64,000 nt of DNA from Gammaproteobacteria bacterium (GTDB lineage Bacteria; Pseudomonadota; Gammaproteobacteria; GCA-001735895), in the NCBI GenBank assembly GCA_050298595.1, contig JBNKUM010000118.1, forward strand, positions 41,146 to 105,145, given 5' to 3'. Position 1 is the stretch's first letter. The number at the start of each line of letters is the position of its first letter. The notes beneath the pieces were generated by a model. It saw only the letters and a list, made by a program, of their open reading frames with translations. It had not been told where the DNA came from and did not search any database. Positions 52,080 to 60,957 of the stretch are shown in pieces. The position numbers were made by a program, and so were the translations under genes.

Positions 52080-54416
52080 TCAGGATACATCAAAATCAAC
52101 GGAAATATTGGAAGGTTGGCTTTGAAACTCGATTGATTTCAAATTTTGAGGTTTGTGAATATAGTAGCCCTGACCGTAGGCAACACCGATATCCTGTAAT
52201 TTCCTGTTAATTTCTTCATTCTCGATAAATTCTGCAATACATTCCTTGCCCATAACCCTGACTACACCATTGATTGACTCAACCATTGCATGATGCACTA
52301 GATCGGTATGCAGATTACGCACAAAACTACCATCTAGCTTGACGTAATCTACATCCAGGTTTTTCAGGTAGCTAAACGATGACATGCCTGAACCAAAATC
52401 ATCCAATGCTAACTGACACCCCTGGTCCTTGATTCCCTGAATAAATTTGCGTGCCTGAGAGACATTGGTCATTGCAACCGTTTCAGTAATTTCGAAGACC
52501 AGGCTCTCAGGCAAAATCTGATGTTGCGCAATCAGATTTCTGATAAGTGTCAGCATCTCTTGATTACCTACTGATTTACCCGACAGGTTTATATTTAAAC
52601 GAATTCCTGGATGCTGAGCCAGGAATTCAATCGATTTGATAACCACCTGCCGATCCAGTTTATCGATTCCTCCATATTGTTCCAGCGCGGGTATAAACAC
52701 GTCCGGGTAGATCAAATTGTTTTCATTATCACGTAACCTAACCAGTATCTCATACCAGTCAGGTATATCCTGACCACTGATTGCCTGAATTTTCTGCCCA
52801 AAAAGCTCCATTCGACCAGACTCAATCAGCCGTATGGTTTCACCCGACCAGTACATTTCATTGCGCCGGTTTTGAGACATAGTGTCATCAGGATGGTATA
52901 GATGAACCCGATTGCGACCCATCACCTTGGCAGCAGAACAGGCTGATTCAACCTCTCTGAGCAGGTCAGAAGCATCGACCACTTCTTCAGTGACCTCAGC
53001 TACTCCAATACTGGCAGAGATATCAAACTTTTTATTGTCCCACATGAAGGCATGAGCACTTATCTGGGTTCTGATAGTCAGCGCAATCAATTCCGCCTGA
53101 ATCAGATTACATTCTCTCAACAAGATGCCGAATTCATCGCCACCGATACGTGCTAACTGATCATTTCGACGCAATATGCCACCCAGTGATATCGCTATTT
53201 GTTTGATCATTTCATCACCGGCGGCAAGACCACAGGTTTCATTGATAATCTTGAAGTGATCTAAATCGATATATAAAACTACTGCGGCAAGTTCTACATT
53301 ATGTTTAACCTCTTCAACTGCCTGACTTATCTGGATCTCAAACTCCTTTCTATTTTTCAGCCCGGTCAGGGCATCATGAGTCGCCTGGTAGGAGAGTAAT
53401 TGTTTGCTTTGTTCAAGCTGAGTAGTACGCTGCTTTACGGTCTGTGTCAGCGAAGCGTTGAGCTTCCTGATTTCTTCATCCAGATGCAATCGCTTCAATT
53501 CACCACGCCTGAAAACATAAAAGAACAGTAAGCTTAATATCAGGTATAACCCCCCTATGCTGAGCGCATCTTGCAGGTAACTAAGCTTGTTAGCTTGCAA
53601 ATACTTATGATCAATAAGATCAACCATTTCCCATTTAGTACCAGGAATCAATACACGCGAATAGATCGAGGCTATTTCTGCCTCGCTTAGATATTTATCC
53701 CTGCTGATTTTAGATCGACTGCCCTTAGCCCCCATTTCAATCAGGAATCGCCCATCATCCTGTATTCGAATCAGAAAGAATTGATGATGGTAGGGCTGTC
53801 CATTGTTTATTAGACGTTGCAACACCCAGGTATCCAGGCTGACGAAAAAAATCCCATCACTCAGCCCTATCAAATTAGGAATTTTTTGCAGTATATCGAT
53901 ATGGTAAATATCTGTGTGAGCGCGACTGTGAATCGCTATTTCGTTATCTTTCCAGGTCTGAGAAAACTTCTCGATATCCGCACGACAGGACCTGCCGACA
54001 AAATTGTTCGGGTCCGCCAGTAAAATACTTCCCTGATTTTCCACCAGCGTAAAGTTGATCATCTCGGGAAAATAGCTTCGCACAACATCACCAAGCTCAG
54101 AATAAATGCTAGAGGAAACTGGGTTTGCTGCTAGTTTCTGGATCACAGTAGGATGATTTTTTATCAGCAGGCTTAGCAGGTGGCGGCTTTGAGAGATATA
54201 ATTTTCTATCTCACTACGGGTTATCTTCAGGCCATGCTCACTTATTTCATACTGGTTTTTAATAAAATCAGCAGTTCGGCTCTGATACACAAAAGACAGA
54301 CCACCACCTATCAACACCCAGGAAAGGATAAGAAAAATAAGTGTATTAAGAATAGTCGTGTCAAATTTCACGAATGCGTCCTTATCAGTTCCAGTGATTA
54401 AAAGGATGAGTACCAC
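52080..54416 (-). CDS. membrane-bound GGDEF-EAL protein
   Basis: Two TMs flanking a periplasmic domain; HDALTGL, RRND..GGDEF, EILVRL, DDFGSG; exact start uncertain. Confidence 0.88.
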   Translation of the reverse strand: MVLILLITGTDKDAFVKFDTTILNTLIFLILSWVLIGGGLSFVYQSRTADFIKNQYEISEHGLKITRSEIENYISQSRHLLSLLIKNHPTVIQKLAANPVSSSIYSELGDVVRSYFPEMINFTLVENQGSILLADPNNFVGRSCRADIEKFSQTWKDNEIAIHSRAHTDIYHIDILQKIPNLIGLSDGIFFVSLDTWVLQRLINNGQPYHHQFFLIRIQDDGRFLIEMGAKGSRSKISRDKYLSEAEIASIYSRVLIPGTKWEMVDLIDHKYLQANKLSYLQDALSIGGLYLILSLLFFYVFRRGELKRLHLDEEIRKLNASLTQTVKQRTTQLEQSKQLLSYQATHDALTGLKNRKEFEIQISQAVEEVKHNVELAAVVLYIDLDHFKIINETCGLAAGDEMIKQIAISLGGILRRNDQLARIGGDEFGILLRECNLIQAELIALTIRTQISAHAFMWDNKKFDISASIGVAEVTEEVVDASDLLREVESACSAAKVMGRNRVHLYHPDDTMSQNRRNEMYWSGETIRLIESGRMELFGQKIQAISGQDIPDWYEILVRLRDNENNLIYPDVFIPALEQYGGIDKLDRQVVIKSIEFLAQHPGIRLNINLSGKSVGNQEMLTLIRNLIAQHQILPESLVFEITETVAMTNVSQARKFIQGIKDQGCQLALDDFGSGMSSFSYLKNLDVDYVKLDGSFVRNLHTDLVHHAMVESINGVVRVMGKECIAEFIENEEINRKLQDIGVAYGQGYYIHKPQNLKSIEFQSQPSNISVDFDVS

Positions 54417-54629
54417 TTTCCTTATTCATTAATTTAATAGTACATCTTTGTAGATAAATCACAGCTATTTTCGCCTGCAATAAGCCAAAGGCTAATTTTT
54501 GAAGAACATTGCTAACAATTTAATAAACCTCTAAAGGCCGTAGTTAAACTGTGAAATTCCCCGACATTTTATAGTCAGTTTTGTTAAACTGCGCGCCTCT
54601 TAGCGAACCTCTGTTTCAGAAAATATCTT

Positions 54630-55427
54630 ATGCAACCCATGATGAACATAGCTATCCGTGCTGCACGCTTAGCTGGCGACTATATTACCCGTCAAATCAA
54701 CAACATCCCTAATCTGGAAATTGAATCAAAATCACCCAATGATTTTGTCACTCAGGTTGATCGGCAGGCTGAAGCGCGCATTATCGATACCTTATTAAAA
54801 GCCTACCCTGATCACAGCATTCTGGCAGAAGAATCAGGCTTATCCGGTGATAGCGAATATCAATGGATCATCGATCCACTGGATGGCACCACCAATTATT
54901 TACATGGCATCCCACATTTTGCAGTTTCTATCGCACTGGCACACAAAGGCCGTCTGGAACAGGCTGTCATCTACGACCCCAGCAAAGAGGAACTGTTCAC
55001 GGCCAGTAAAGGTGATGGCGCATCGCTAAATAACCGCAGAATTCGAGTCGCCAAACCGGTGAGTATTCAGGGTGCCCTGCTCGGCACTGGATTTCCTTTC
55101 AGAGAAAAGCATCATTACCCTGCCTATCAAGCCATGCTGACTGACTTCTTCAGCCAGGCCGGAGATATCCGCCGAGCAGGCTCTGCAGCGCTGGATCTGG
55201 CTTATGTCGCCGCTGGCAGACTCGATGGTTTCTGGGAAATTGGATTAAAGCCCTGGGATATGGCTGCAGGCGCACTGATTATTCGTGAAGCTGGCGGTCT
55301 GGTGGGTGATTTCAGTGGCAATGAAAACTATCTGCAAACGGGTAATATCGTCACCGGCAACCCAAAAGTATTTGCCGATATGATCCGTAAGCTTCAACCC
55401 CACCTGACAAACGACCTCAAAGCATAA
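54630..55427 (+). CDS. suhB: inositol monophosphatase SuhB
   Basis: WIIDPLDGTTNY, RRAGSAALDLAYVAAGR, WDMAAG. Confidence 0.94.
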   Translation: MQPMMNIAIRAARLAGDYITRQINNIPNLEIESKSPNDFVTQVDRQAEARIIDTLLKAYPDHSILAEESGLSGDSEYQWIIDPLDGTTNYLHGIPHFAVSIALAHKGRLEQAVIYDPSKEELFTASKGDGASLNNRRIRVAKPVSIQGALLGTGFPFREKHHYPAYQAMLTDFFSQAGDIRRAGSAALDLAYVAAGRLDGFWEIGLKPWDMAAGALIIREAGGLVGDFSGNENYLQTGNIVTGNPKVFADMIRKLQPHLTNDLKA

Positions 55428-55434
55428 AATTCAC

Positions 55435-55480
55435 TGGGTTTGATCAAAGACTCCCTAATCAAACCCAAATTATTTTTATT
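55435..55480 (+). terminator. possible terminator after suhB
   Basis: TGGGTTTGAT...ATCAAACCCA followed by an AT-rich tract. Confidence 0.5.
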
Positions 55481-55794
55481 ACCAAATGCCATATTTCAGC
55501 CTGAATTACAGCGATTTATGGCATCTTCAAGGAATGCCTAGTTCAAGTGGTATAAGCCTCGCAGTAGCCATATATCTCTAAAGAAATATAAATAAGTCCA
55601 GCTTATAGCGTCACAAGATAAATCGAATTGTATTATCTGATGAAAGGAATACCCTAGCCATCGTTCTAAGATAGATCAGATTTTGGCCGCAGGTTGCACT
55701 TTGATCTCTCTTACATCAGTTTATTGATGGTTGAGACATTCTCGTTTCAGGTATCGATATTATTACTGCAGTAATTAAAAACTAGGAGAAAATA

Positions 55795-56262
55795 ATGCCT
55801 ACATTTGTTCGTACCGAAAAATGCGATGGCTGTAAGGGTCAAGATAAGACCGCTTGCATGTACATCTGCCCTCACGACCTGATGAAGCTGGATATGGACG
55901 GTTCAGATACCGGTCATGCCATGAAAGCTTACAACCAGGAACCTGAGCAATGCTGGGAATGCTATTCCTGCGTGAAAATTTGCCCTCAAAATGCTATCGA
56001 ATGTCGTCACTATGCTGACGTTGTTCCTCTGGGTGGTTCTGTACAGCCTCTTCGTGGTACAGATTCAATCATGTGGACCATCAAGTTCCGTAATGGAACC
56101 ATGAAGCGTTTTAAATTCCCGATTCGTACTACTGCTGAAGGTTCTATCGATCCTTATGCGGGTAAGCCAGATGCTGACATGTCCAAGATTGCTGATAACG
56201 GCTTCTTCTGTCAGAACAATGGTTACCGTGCCGGCGACCCAAGCGAATTAATCAAACTTTAA
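55795..56262 (+). CDS. aprB: adenylylsulfate reductase beta subunit
   Basis: MPTFV, CDGCKG...ACMYICP, CWECYSCVKICP, MWTIKFRNG.MKRFKFPIRTT. Confidence 0.96.
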   Translation: MPTFVRTEKCDGCKGQDKTACMYICPHDLMKLDMDGSDTGHAMKAYNQEPEQCWECYSCVKICPQNAIECRHYADVVPLGGSVQPLRGTDSIMWTIKFRNGTMKRFKFPIRTTAEGSIDPYAGKPDADMSKIADNGFFCQNNGYRAGDPSELIKL

Positions 56263-56279
56263 ACCTGAGGAATAAAACT

Positions 56280-58262
56280 ATGGCAGGTGAATTTGGAAAT
56301 CCAGAAGTCGTCCAGGAAACGGTCGACATCTTAATGATCGGTGGCGGTATGGCCAACTGCGGCGCTGCATTTGAAATTATGCAGTGGGCCAAAGGTACTG
56401 ATCTTAAAATCAAACTGGTTGATAAAGCAGCTATGGATCGTTCTGGTGCGGTTGCACAGGGTCTGTCCGCGATCAACACTTACATCGGTACTGAGCAGGA
56501 TCCAGCGGATTACGCACGTATGGTTTCTAACGATCTGATGGGTATTACCCGTGACGATCTAGCCTACGATCTTGGCCGTCACGTTGACGAATCTGTACAT
56601 CTTTTCGAAGAATGGGGTCTACCTATCTGGAAAACTGATGAAAACGGTGAGCGTTTTGACGGTTCAAAAGGTCTGACTCCTCTGGCAGAAGGCGGCAAGC
56701 CCGTTCGTTCTGGTAAGTGGCAGATCATGATCAATGGTGAATCTTACAAGTGGATCGTTGCTGAAGCTGCTAAGAAAGCCCTGGGTATTGAAAACATTGA
56801 AGAGCGTATCTTCGTTGTAAAACTGATTAACGACAAAAACGACCCTAGCCGTATCGCTGGTGCCGTTGGTTTCTCAGTTCGTGAAAACAAAATCGTTATC
56901 TACACTGCTAAAGCTATCCTGTTAGCCGCTGGTGGTTGTGTAAACATCTTCCGTCCTCGTTCAGTGGGTGAAGGTACTGGTCGTGCCTGGTACCCAGTAT
57001 GGAACGCTGGTTCAACTTACGCGATGGCTGCTGAAGCCGGCGCTGAGCTGACTATGATGGAAAATCGTTTCGTACCGACTCGTTTTAAGGACGGTTACGG
57101 TCCTGTAGGTGCTTGGTTCCTGTTATTCAAAGCGAAAGCCACTAACGCTTTCGGTGAAATATACATGGAAAAGAACAAGGAAATGCTGAATGACTATCCT
57201 CCTTATGGTCAGGCTGCAGTTCCTGCTTCATGTCTGCGTAATCACCTGATGCTGAAAGAAATGCGTGAAGGTCGTGGCCCTATCTACATGGATACTGTGA
57301 CTGCACTGGCTAACCTGCGTGAAACTCTGTCTCCTCGCGAAGTTAAGCATCTGGAAGCAGAAGCATGGGAAGACTTCCTGGATATGTGTGTCGGCCAATG
57401 TGGTATCTGGGTTGGTGAAAACATCGAGCCTGAGAAGAAAAACTCAGAACTGATGCCTACCGAACCTTACCTGCTGGGATCTCACTCAGGTTGTTGTGGT
57501 ATCTGGACTTCTGGTCCAACTGACGTAGGTGCACCTACTGAAGAAACTATGGAAGGCATACCTTCTCACCTGCCTTCTGGCTGGAACTGGGGCTACCGTG
57601 GTATGACCACTGTTAAAGGCCTGTTCACTGCTGGTGACGGTGTGGGTGCTTCTGGCCACAAGTTCTCTTCTGGTTCACACGCTGAAGGCCGTATGGCTGC
57701 TAAAGCGATGGTTAAGTACTGCCTGGACAACGCTGACTTCACTCCAGAACTGGATACTACCGTTGAAGAACTGGTTGAAGATATCTACCGTCCGGTTAGA
57801 ACCTTCCTTGAGTTCAAAGACTACACCACAGCAATCGACGTTAACCCTAACTACATCACTCCTAAGATGCTTCAGTTCCGTTTACAGAAGATCATGGATG
57901 AATACGTAGCGGGTGTTGCCACTTACTACACCACCAACTCAGAAATGCTGAAGATTGCTGGTGAGAAGCTGGACATGCTGAAAGAAGATGCTCTTAAGAT
58001 GCGTGCTAAAGACCTTCACGAACTACTTCGTGCCTGGGAAAACTATCACCGCATCCTGACTGCTGAAGCGCATATGAAGCACATCGAGTTCCGCGAAGAA
58101 TCTCGTTATCCTGGTTTCTACTACCGCATGGATAAGAACTTCGTTGACGAAGAAAACTGGAAGTGCTTTGTAAACTCTATCTATGACAAGAACACCAAGC
58201 AGTGGACATGCTTTAAGCGTGCACACGTTGACCTGGTAGACAAGTCTAAACTGTTTAAGTAA
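56280..58262 (+). CDS. aprA: adenylylsulfate reductase alpha subunit
   Basis: RSGAVAQGLSAINTY, WQIMINGESYK, RFKDGYGPVGAWFL, EAWEDFLDM, GHKFSSGSHAEGR. Confidence 0.97.
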   Translation: MAGEFGNPEVVQETVDILMIGGGMANCGAAFEIMQWAKGTDLKIKLVDKAAMDRSGAVAQGLSAINTYIGTEQDPADYARMVSNDLMGITRDDLAYDLGRHVDESVHLFEEWGLPIWKTDENGERFDGSKGLTPLAEGGKPVRSGKWQIMINGESYKWIVAEAAKKALGIENIEERIFVVKLINDKNDPSRIAGAVGFSVRENKIVIYTAKAILLAAGGCVNIFRPRSVGEGTGRAWYPVWNAGSTYAMAAEAGAELTMMENRFVPTRFKDGYGPVGAWFLLFKAKATNAFGEIYMEKNKEMLNDYPPYGQAAVPASCLRNHLMLKEMREGRGPIYMDTVTALANLRETLSPREVKHLEAEAWEDFLDMCVGQCGIWVGENIEPEKKNSELMPTEPYLLGSHSGCCGIWTSGPTDVGAPTEETMEGIPSHLPSGWNWGYRGMTTVKGLFTAGDGVGASGHKFSSGSHAEGRMAAKAMVKYCLDNADFTPELDTTVEELVEDIYRPVRTFLEFKDYTTAIDVNPNYITPKMLQFRLQKIMDEYVAGVATYYTTNSEMLKIAGEKLDMLKEDALKMRAKDLHELLRAWENYHRILTAEAHMKHIEFREESRYPGFYYRMDKNFVDEENWKCFVNSIYDKNTKQWTCFKRAHVDLVDKSKLFK

Positions 58263-58288
58263 ACCACCACTTAAGCAGTAAGAGTTAT

Positions 58289-58324
58289 AAAGCCGGGTAG
58301 CGCAAGCTGCCCGGCTTTTTTATT
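58289..58324 (+). terminator. intrinsic terminator after aprA
   Basis: AAAGCCGGGTAGC-GCAA-GCTGCCCGGCTTT followed by TTTATT. Confidence 0.85.
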
Positions 58325-58571
58325 GAGTTCAATATTTGGGATAAAAGTTATACGGGGTTTAGTATTTGAATGTGTTAACAAGCAGCCAGTCCCTATCCAG
58401 ATATATTGAGTAGTATACACATCAATAAAGCCTGCTAACTGAGTACAATGGAAGACTGTAGCAGCGAGGTATATAACAGACAACCTGTATAAGCCCTTAC
58501 CTCTCTGGCATTATCAGAGAGTCTTAAATAAATTTCGTACAGGATTTTGAGGGGCAACAATCTTTTTTAAA

Positions 58572-59750
58572 TCAGGCCTTAACTGAAGTCCACAGAGTCA
58601 CCTGCCCATTAACCCCTATACTACGTGCGCGACCTGTAGATTTTGCCTCATACATACGCTTATCGGCCAACTCAACCTGAGCCTTCCAGTCTTTTAACGC
58701 ATCTTCCTGAACCTCTGCCACACCGATACTTGCGGTCACTGGCTCATTATCTGGTTTCTCACCTAAACCCGCCTGCATCAGGCGTTTCACCACATCATTC
58801 GCTTCGTTGAAATCAGCAGTGGGTAGAATAATAATGAATTCCTCACCACCCCAGCGAATAACGCTATCCCCTTTCCGTACCGATGCAACCATCTGCTGAG
58901 CCGCTTTCTTTAAAACAACATCGCCGGCATCATGGCCAAATGTATCGTTTACCGCCTTAAAATGATCAAGATCGAGATAAAGTAGCGACAACGAATTTTC
59001 GCTCATAGCTGCAAGGCGGAATTGTAAATCAAGCATCTCAATACCAGCCCGACGAGTTAACATTCCTGTGAGCACGTCATAACTGGCTCGGCTGGCCTGA
59101 GAAAGCATATATCGCAACTGGGTTAGGGATGAAAAAAGCGCAACGCCAAGAATCAGCACAAACAGCCAGATAGTAGAAACCGCCTGTGGGATTTCACTTC
59201 TCGTCTCGGGATAACTGGCATAGATAGTAACTATCAGCATGGGTATGGCCAAAGCCAGGAACTCAACCAGAGTCAACGGAAACAAAGTCAGTCCAGCAAC
59301 CATAACAAAGGGTAATAAGCCATAAAGTTCTGCTACAATCTGCTCTGGCCCGTTTAATTCATAAGCACTTATCCAATGGTCAGAGGCTATATAAAACAGA
59401 GGGGTAACCGCCAACATACTGGCGAGCAATAAACGTGCTCGTTTTAAATCAGGTTCCTTACGAGCCTGCCAGGCAATGGCCGCAAAAGTTAATGCGGAAA
59501 TTACTCGGATAGAAATAAGTTCAGCCCATAATCCTTTCGGTAAAAACAAAAGGTCAACCAGAGACCATGCTGGCACCAGAATGGCAAACACCACACAAAA
59601 GAAAAAGACTCGGCTCTGCATAATGGTTGCTCGATGCCGAGAGATGGGCAAACCGTGATGTTTATTATAGAGCAACTCGTAGAGCTGATCTGCAGTGTAA
59701 ATCCCTAAAGACTCGCTTAGTGTTATATACATATGAATCAAGTACTTCAT
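58572..59750 (-). CDS. multi-TM diguanylate cyclase
   Basis: About six TMs; YDVLTGML, DLDHFKAVND, I-site RKGD, GGEEF. Confidence 0.88.
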   Translation of the reverse strand: MKYLIHMYITLSESLGIYTADQLYELLYNKHHGLPISRHRATIMQSRVFFFCVVFAILVPAWSLVDLLFLPKGLWAELISIRVISALTFAAIAWQARKEPDLKRARLLLASMLAVTPLFYIASDHWISAYELNGPEQIVAELYGLLPFVMVAGLTLFPLTLVEFLALAIPMLIVTIYASYPETRSEIPQAVSTIWLFVLILGVALFSSLTQLRYMLSQASRASYDVLTGMLTRRAGIEMLDLQFRLAAMSENSLSLLYLDLDHFKAVNDTFGHDAGDVVLKKAAQQMVASVRKGDSVIRWGGEEFIIILPTADFNEANDVVKRLMQAGLGEKPDNEPVTASIGVAEVQEDALKDWKAQVELADKRMYEAKSTGRARSIGVNGQVTLWTSVKA

Positions 59751-59827
59751 GCCTCAGCATCCAAAATCAGATTGGTTGCTACTATATATTCCAACCGTAG
59801 AATTGAATCATAGATATTCTACATCGG

Positions 59828-59841
59828 TTGACCCAGGTCAA
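59828..59841. promoter_or_regulatory. TTGAC-N4-GTCAA palindrome (FNR/CRP-family-like site)
   Basis: TTGACCCAGGTCAA between the divergent DGC and HD-GYP genes. Confidence 0.45.
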
Positions 59842-60149
59842 AAATTAAATTTTTTGCTATCAGGATGTCTTAACAATCACTGCCGATAACTCTGTCAAAG
59901 AATCTCACCACTCGATCAGACTGATCTCCGACGAGCCTGTAACTACTTTCAAGGACAGTTTCAAAATTTAGCCAGCGCTTACAGGCAGCAACAGTATCGA
60001 TGAGAATTTTATTTTAACTTTCACAGATTGATAAACACCCCTGCAATCACTCATTCTTATACTAATAGAATTATAAAACTTAACCAATTTGTATCTTTCA
60101 AAAGCTCATATGATATTCTTCAATTTCTTTTTTTAATGACACAAAATTA

Positions 60150-60758
60150 ATGTCGACCGGGCTTTATCAATCTGAGCAGAATGTTTTTGGTGTGTTAAAC
60201 GTCGTTGCCCAGGCTCTTTCCAATGCTTTGAGGCATAAAGACCTGTTTACACAGCTCCATTCATCCCGAGTGATTAATTTATCGATTGAAATAGGAAAAC
60301 AGTGTCAGCTCTCCCTACATGATCTGGAGTTACTTAAAATTAGTGCTTCCCTGCACGATCTGGGCAAAATAGGTATCTATGATACAATTCTTAGTAAACC
60401 CGGGCCGCTTAACGATGAGGAATGGAACAGGATGAAAGCTCATGCAGAGATCGGCGCTGAGATCGTTTCTGATTTAGACTCATCCGAAGAATCAGCAAAA
60501 GTTGCAGAAGCCATCAGGCATCATCACGAAAACTATGCAGGCAATGGCTATCCAGACAGGCTAAAGGGTGAGGACATCCCTTATCTATCAAGAATCATCT
60601 CCATCGCCGACTGCTTTGATGCTTTAACCGAAACACGTTCCTACCATCAACCTATTGACAAATCTAGGGCACTCAAAATTATGCTCATAGAGATGCAGGA
60701 AGATAAATTTGATCCGTATCTATTCAATAAATTTATCAAGCTAAAAGAAGCTGTATAA
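60150..60758 (+). CDS. stand-alone HD-GYP phosphodiesterase
   Basis: HSSRV, LHDLGKIG, HHENYAGNGYP, IADCFDALT. Confidence 0.88.
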   Translation: MSTGLYQSEQNVFGVLNVVAQALSNALRHKDLFTQLHSSRVINLSIEIGKQCQLSLHDLELLKISASLHDLGKIGIYDTILSKPGPLNDEEWNRMKAHAEIGAEIVSDLDSSEESAKVAEAIRHHHENYAGNGYPDRLKGEDIPYLSRIISIADCFDALTETRSYHQPIDKSRALKIMLIEMQEDKFDPYLFNKFIKLKEAV

Positions 60759-60957
60759 AAAGATCGCTCTAAATATCAAGCTGTTTAGCACTTTACGTCT
60801 ATTATTTAGCAAACCATAATCTTTTCTGAATATTTTTATAATTTGCCATGAAAATAACAATTCACTTTCAAAAATTTAATTTGTATGTAGCCATAAAAGG
60901 CATGCTATAAAGTGCAGGTTTTACATTAGATTTATTAACACTGGACAAGCACAATTA

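Noticed and set aside
55480-55790. aprB upstream region, checked for an FNR box or structured RNA
   Set aside because: TTGAT/ATCA half-sites have the wrong spacing and no recognisable RNA motif was seen.
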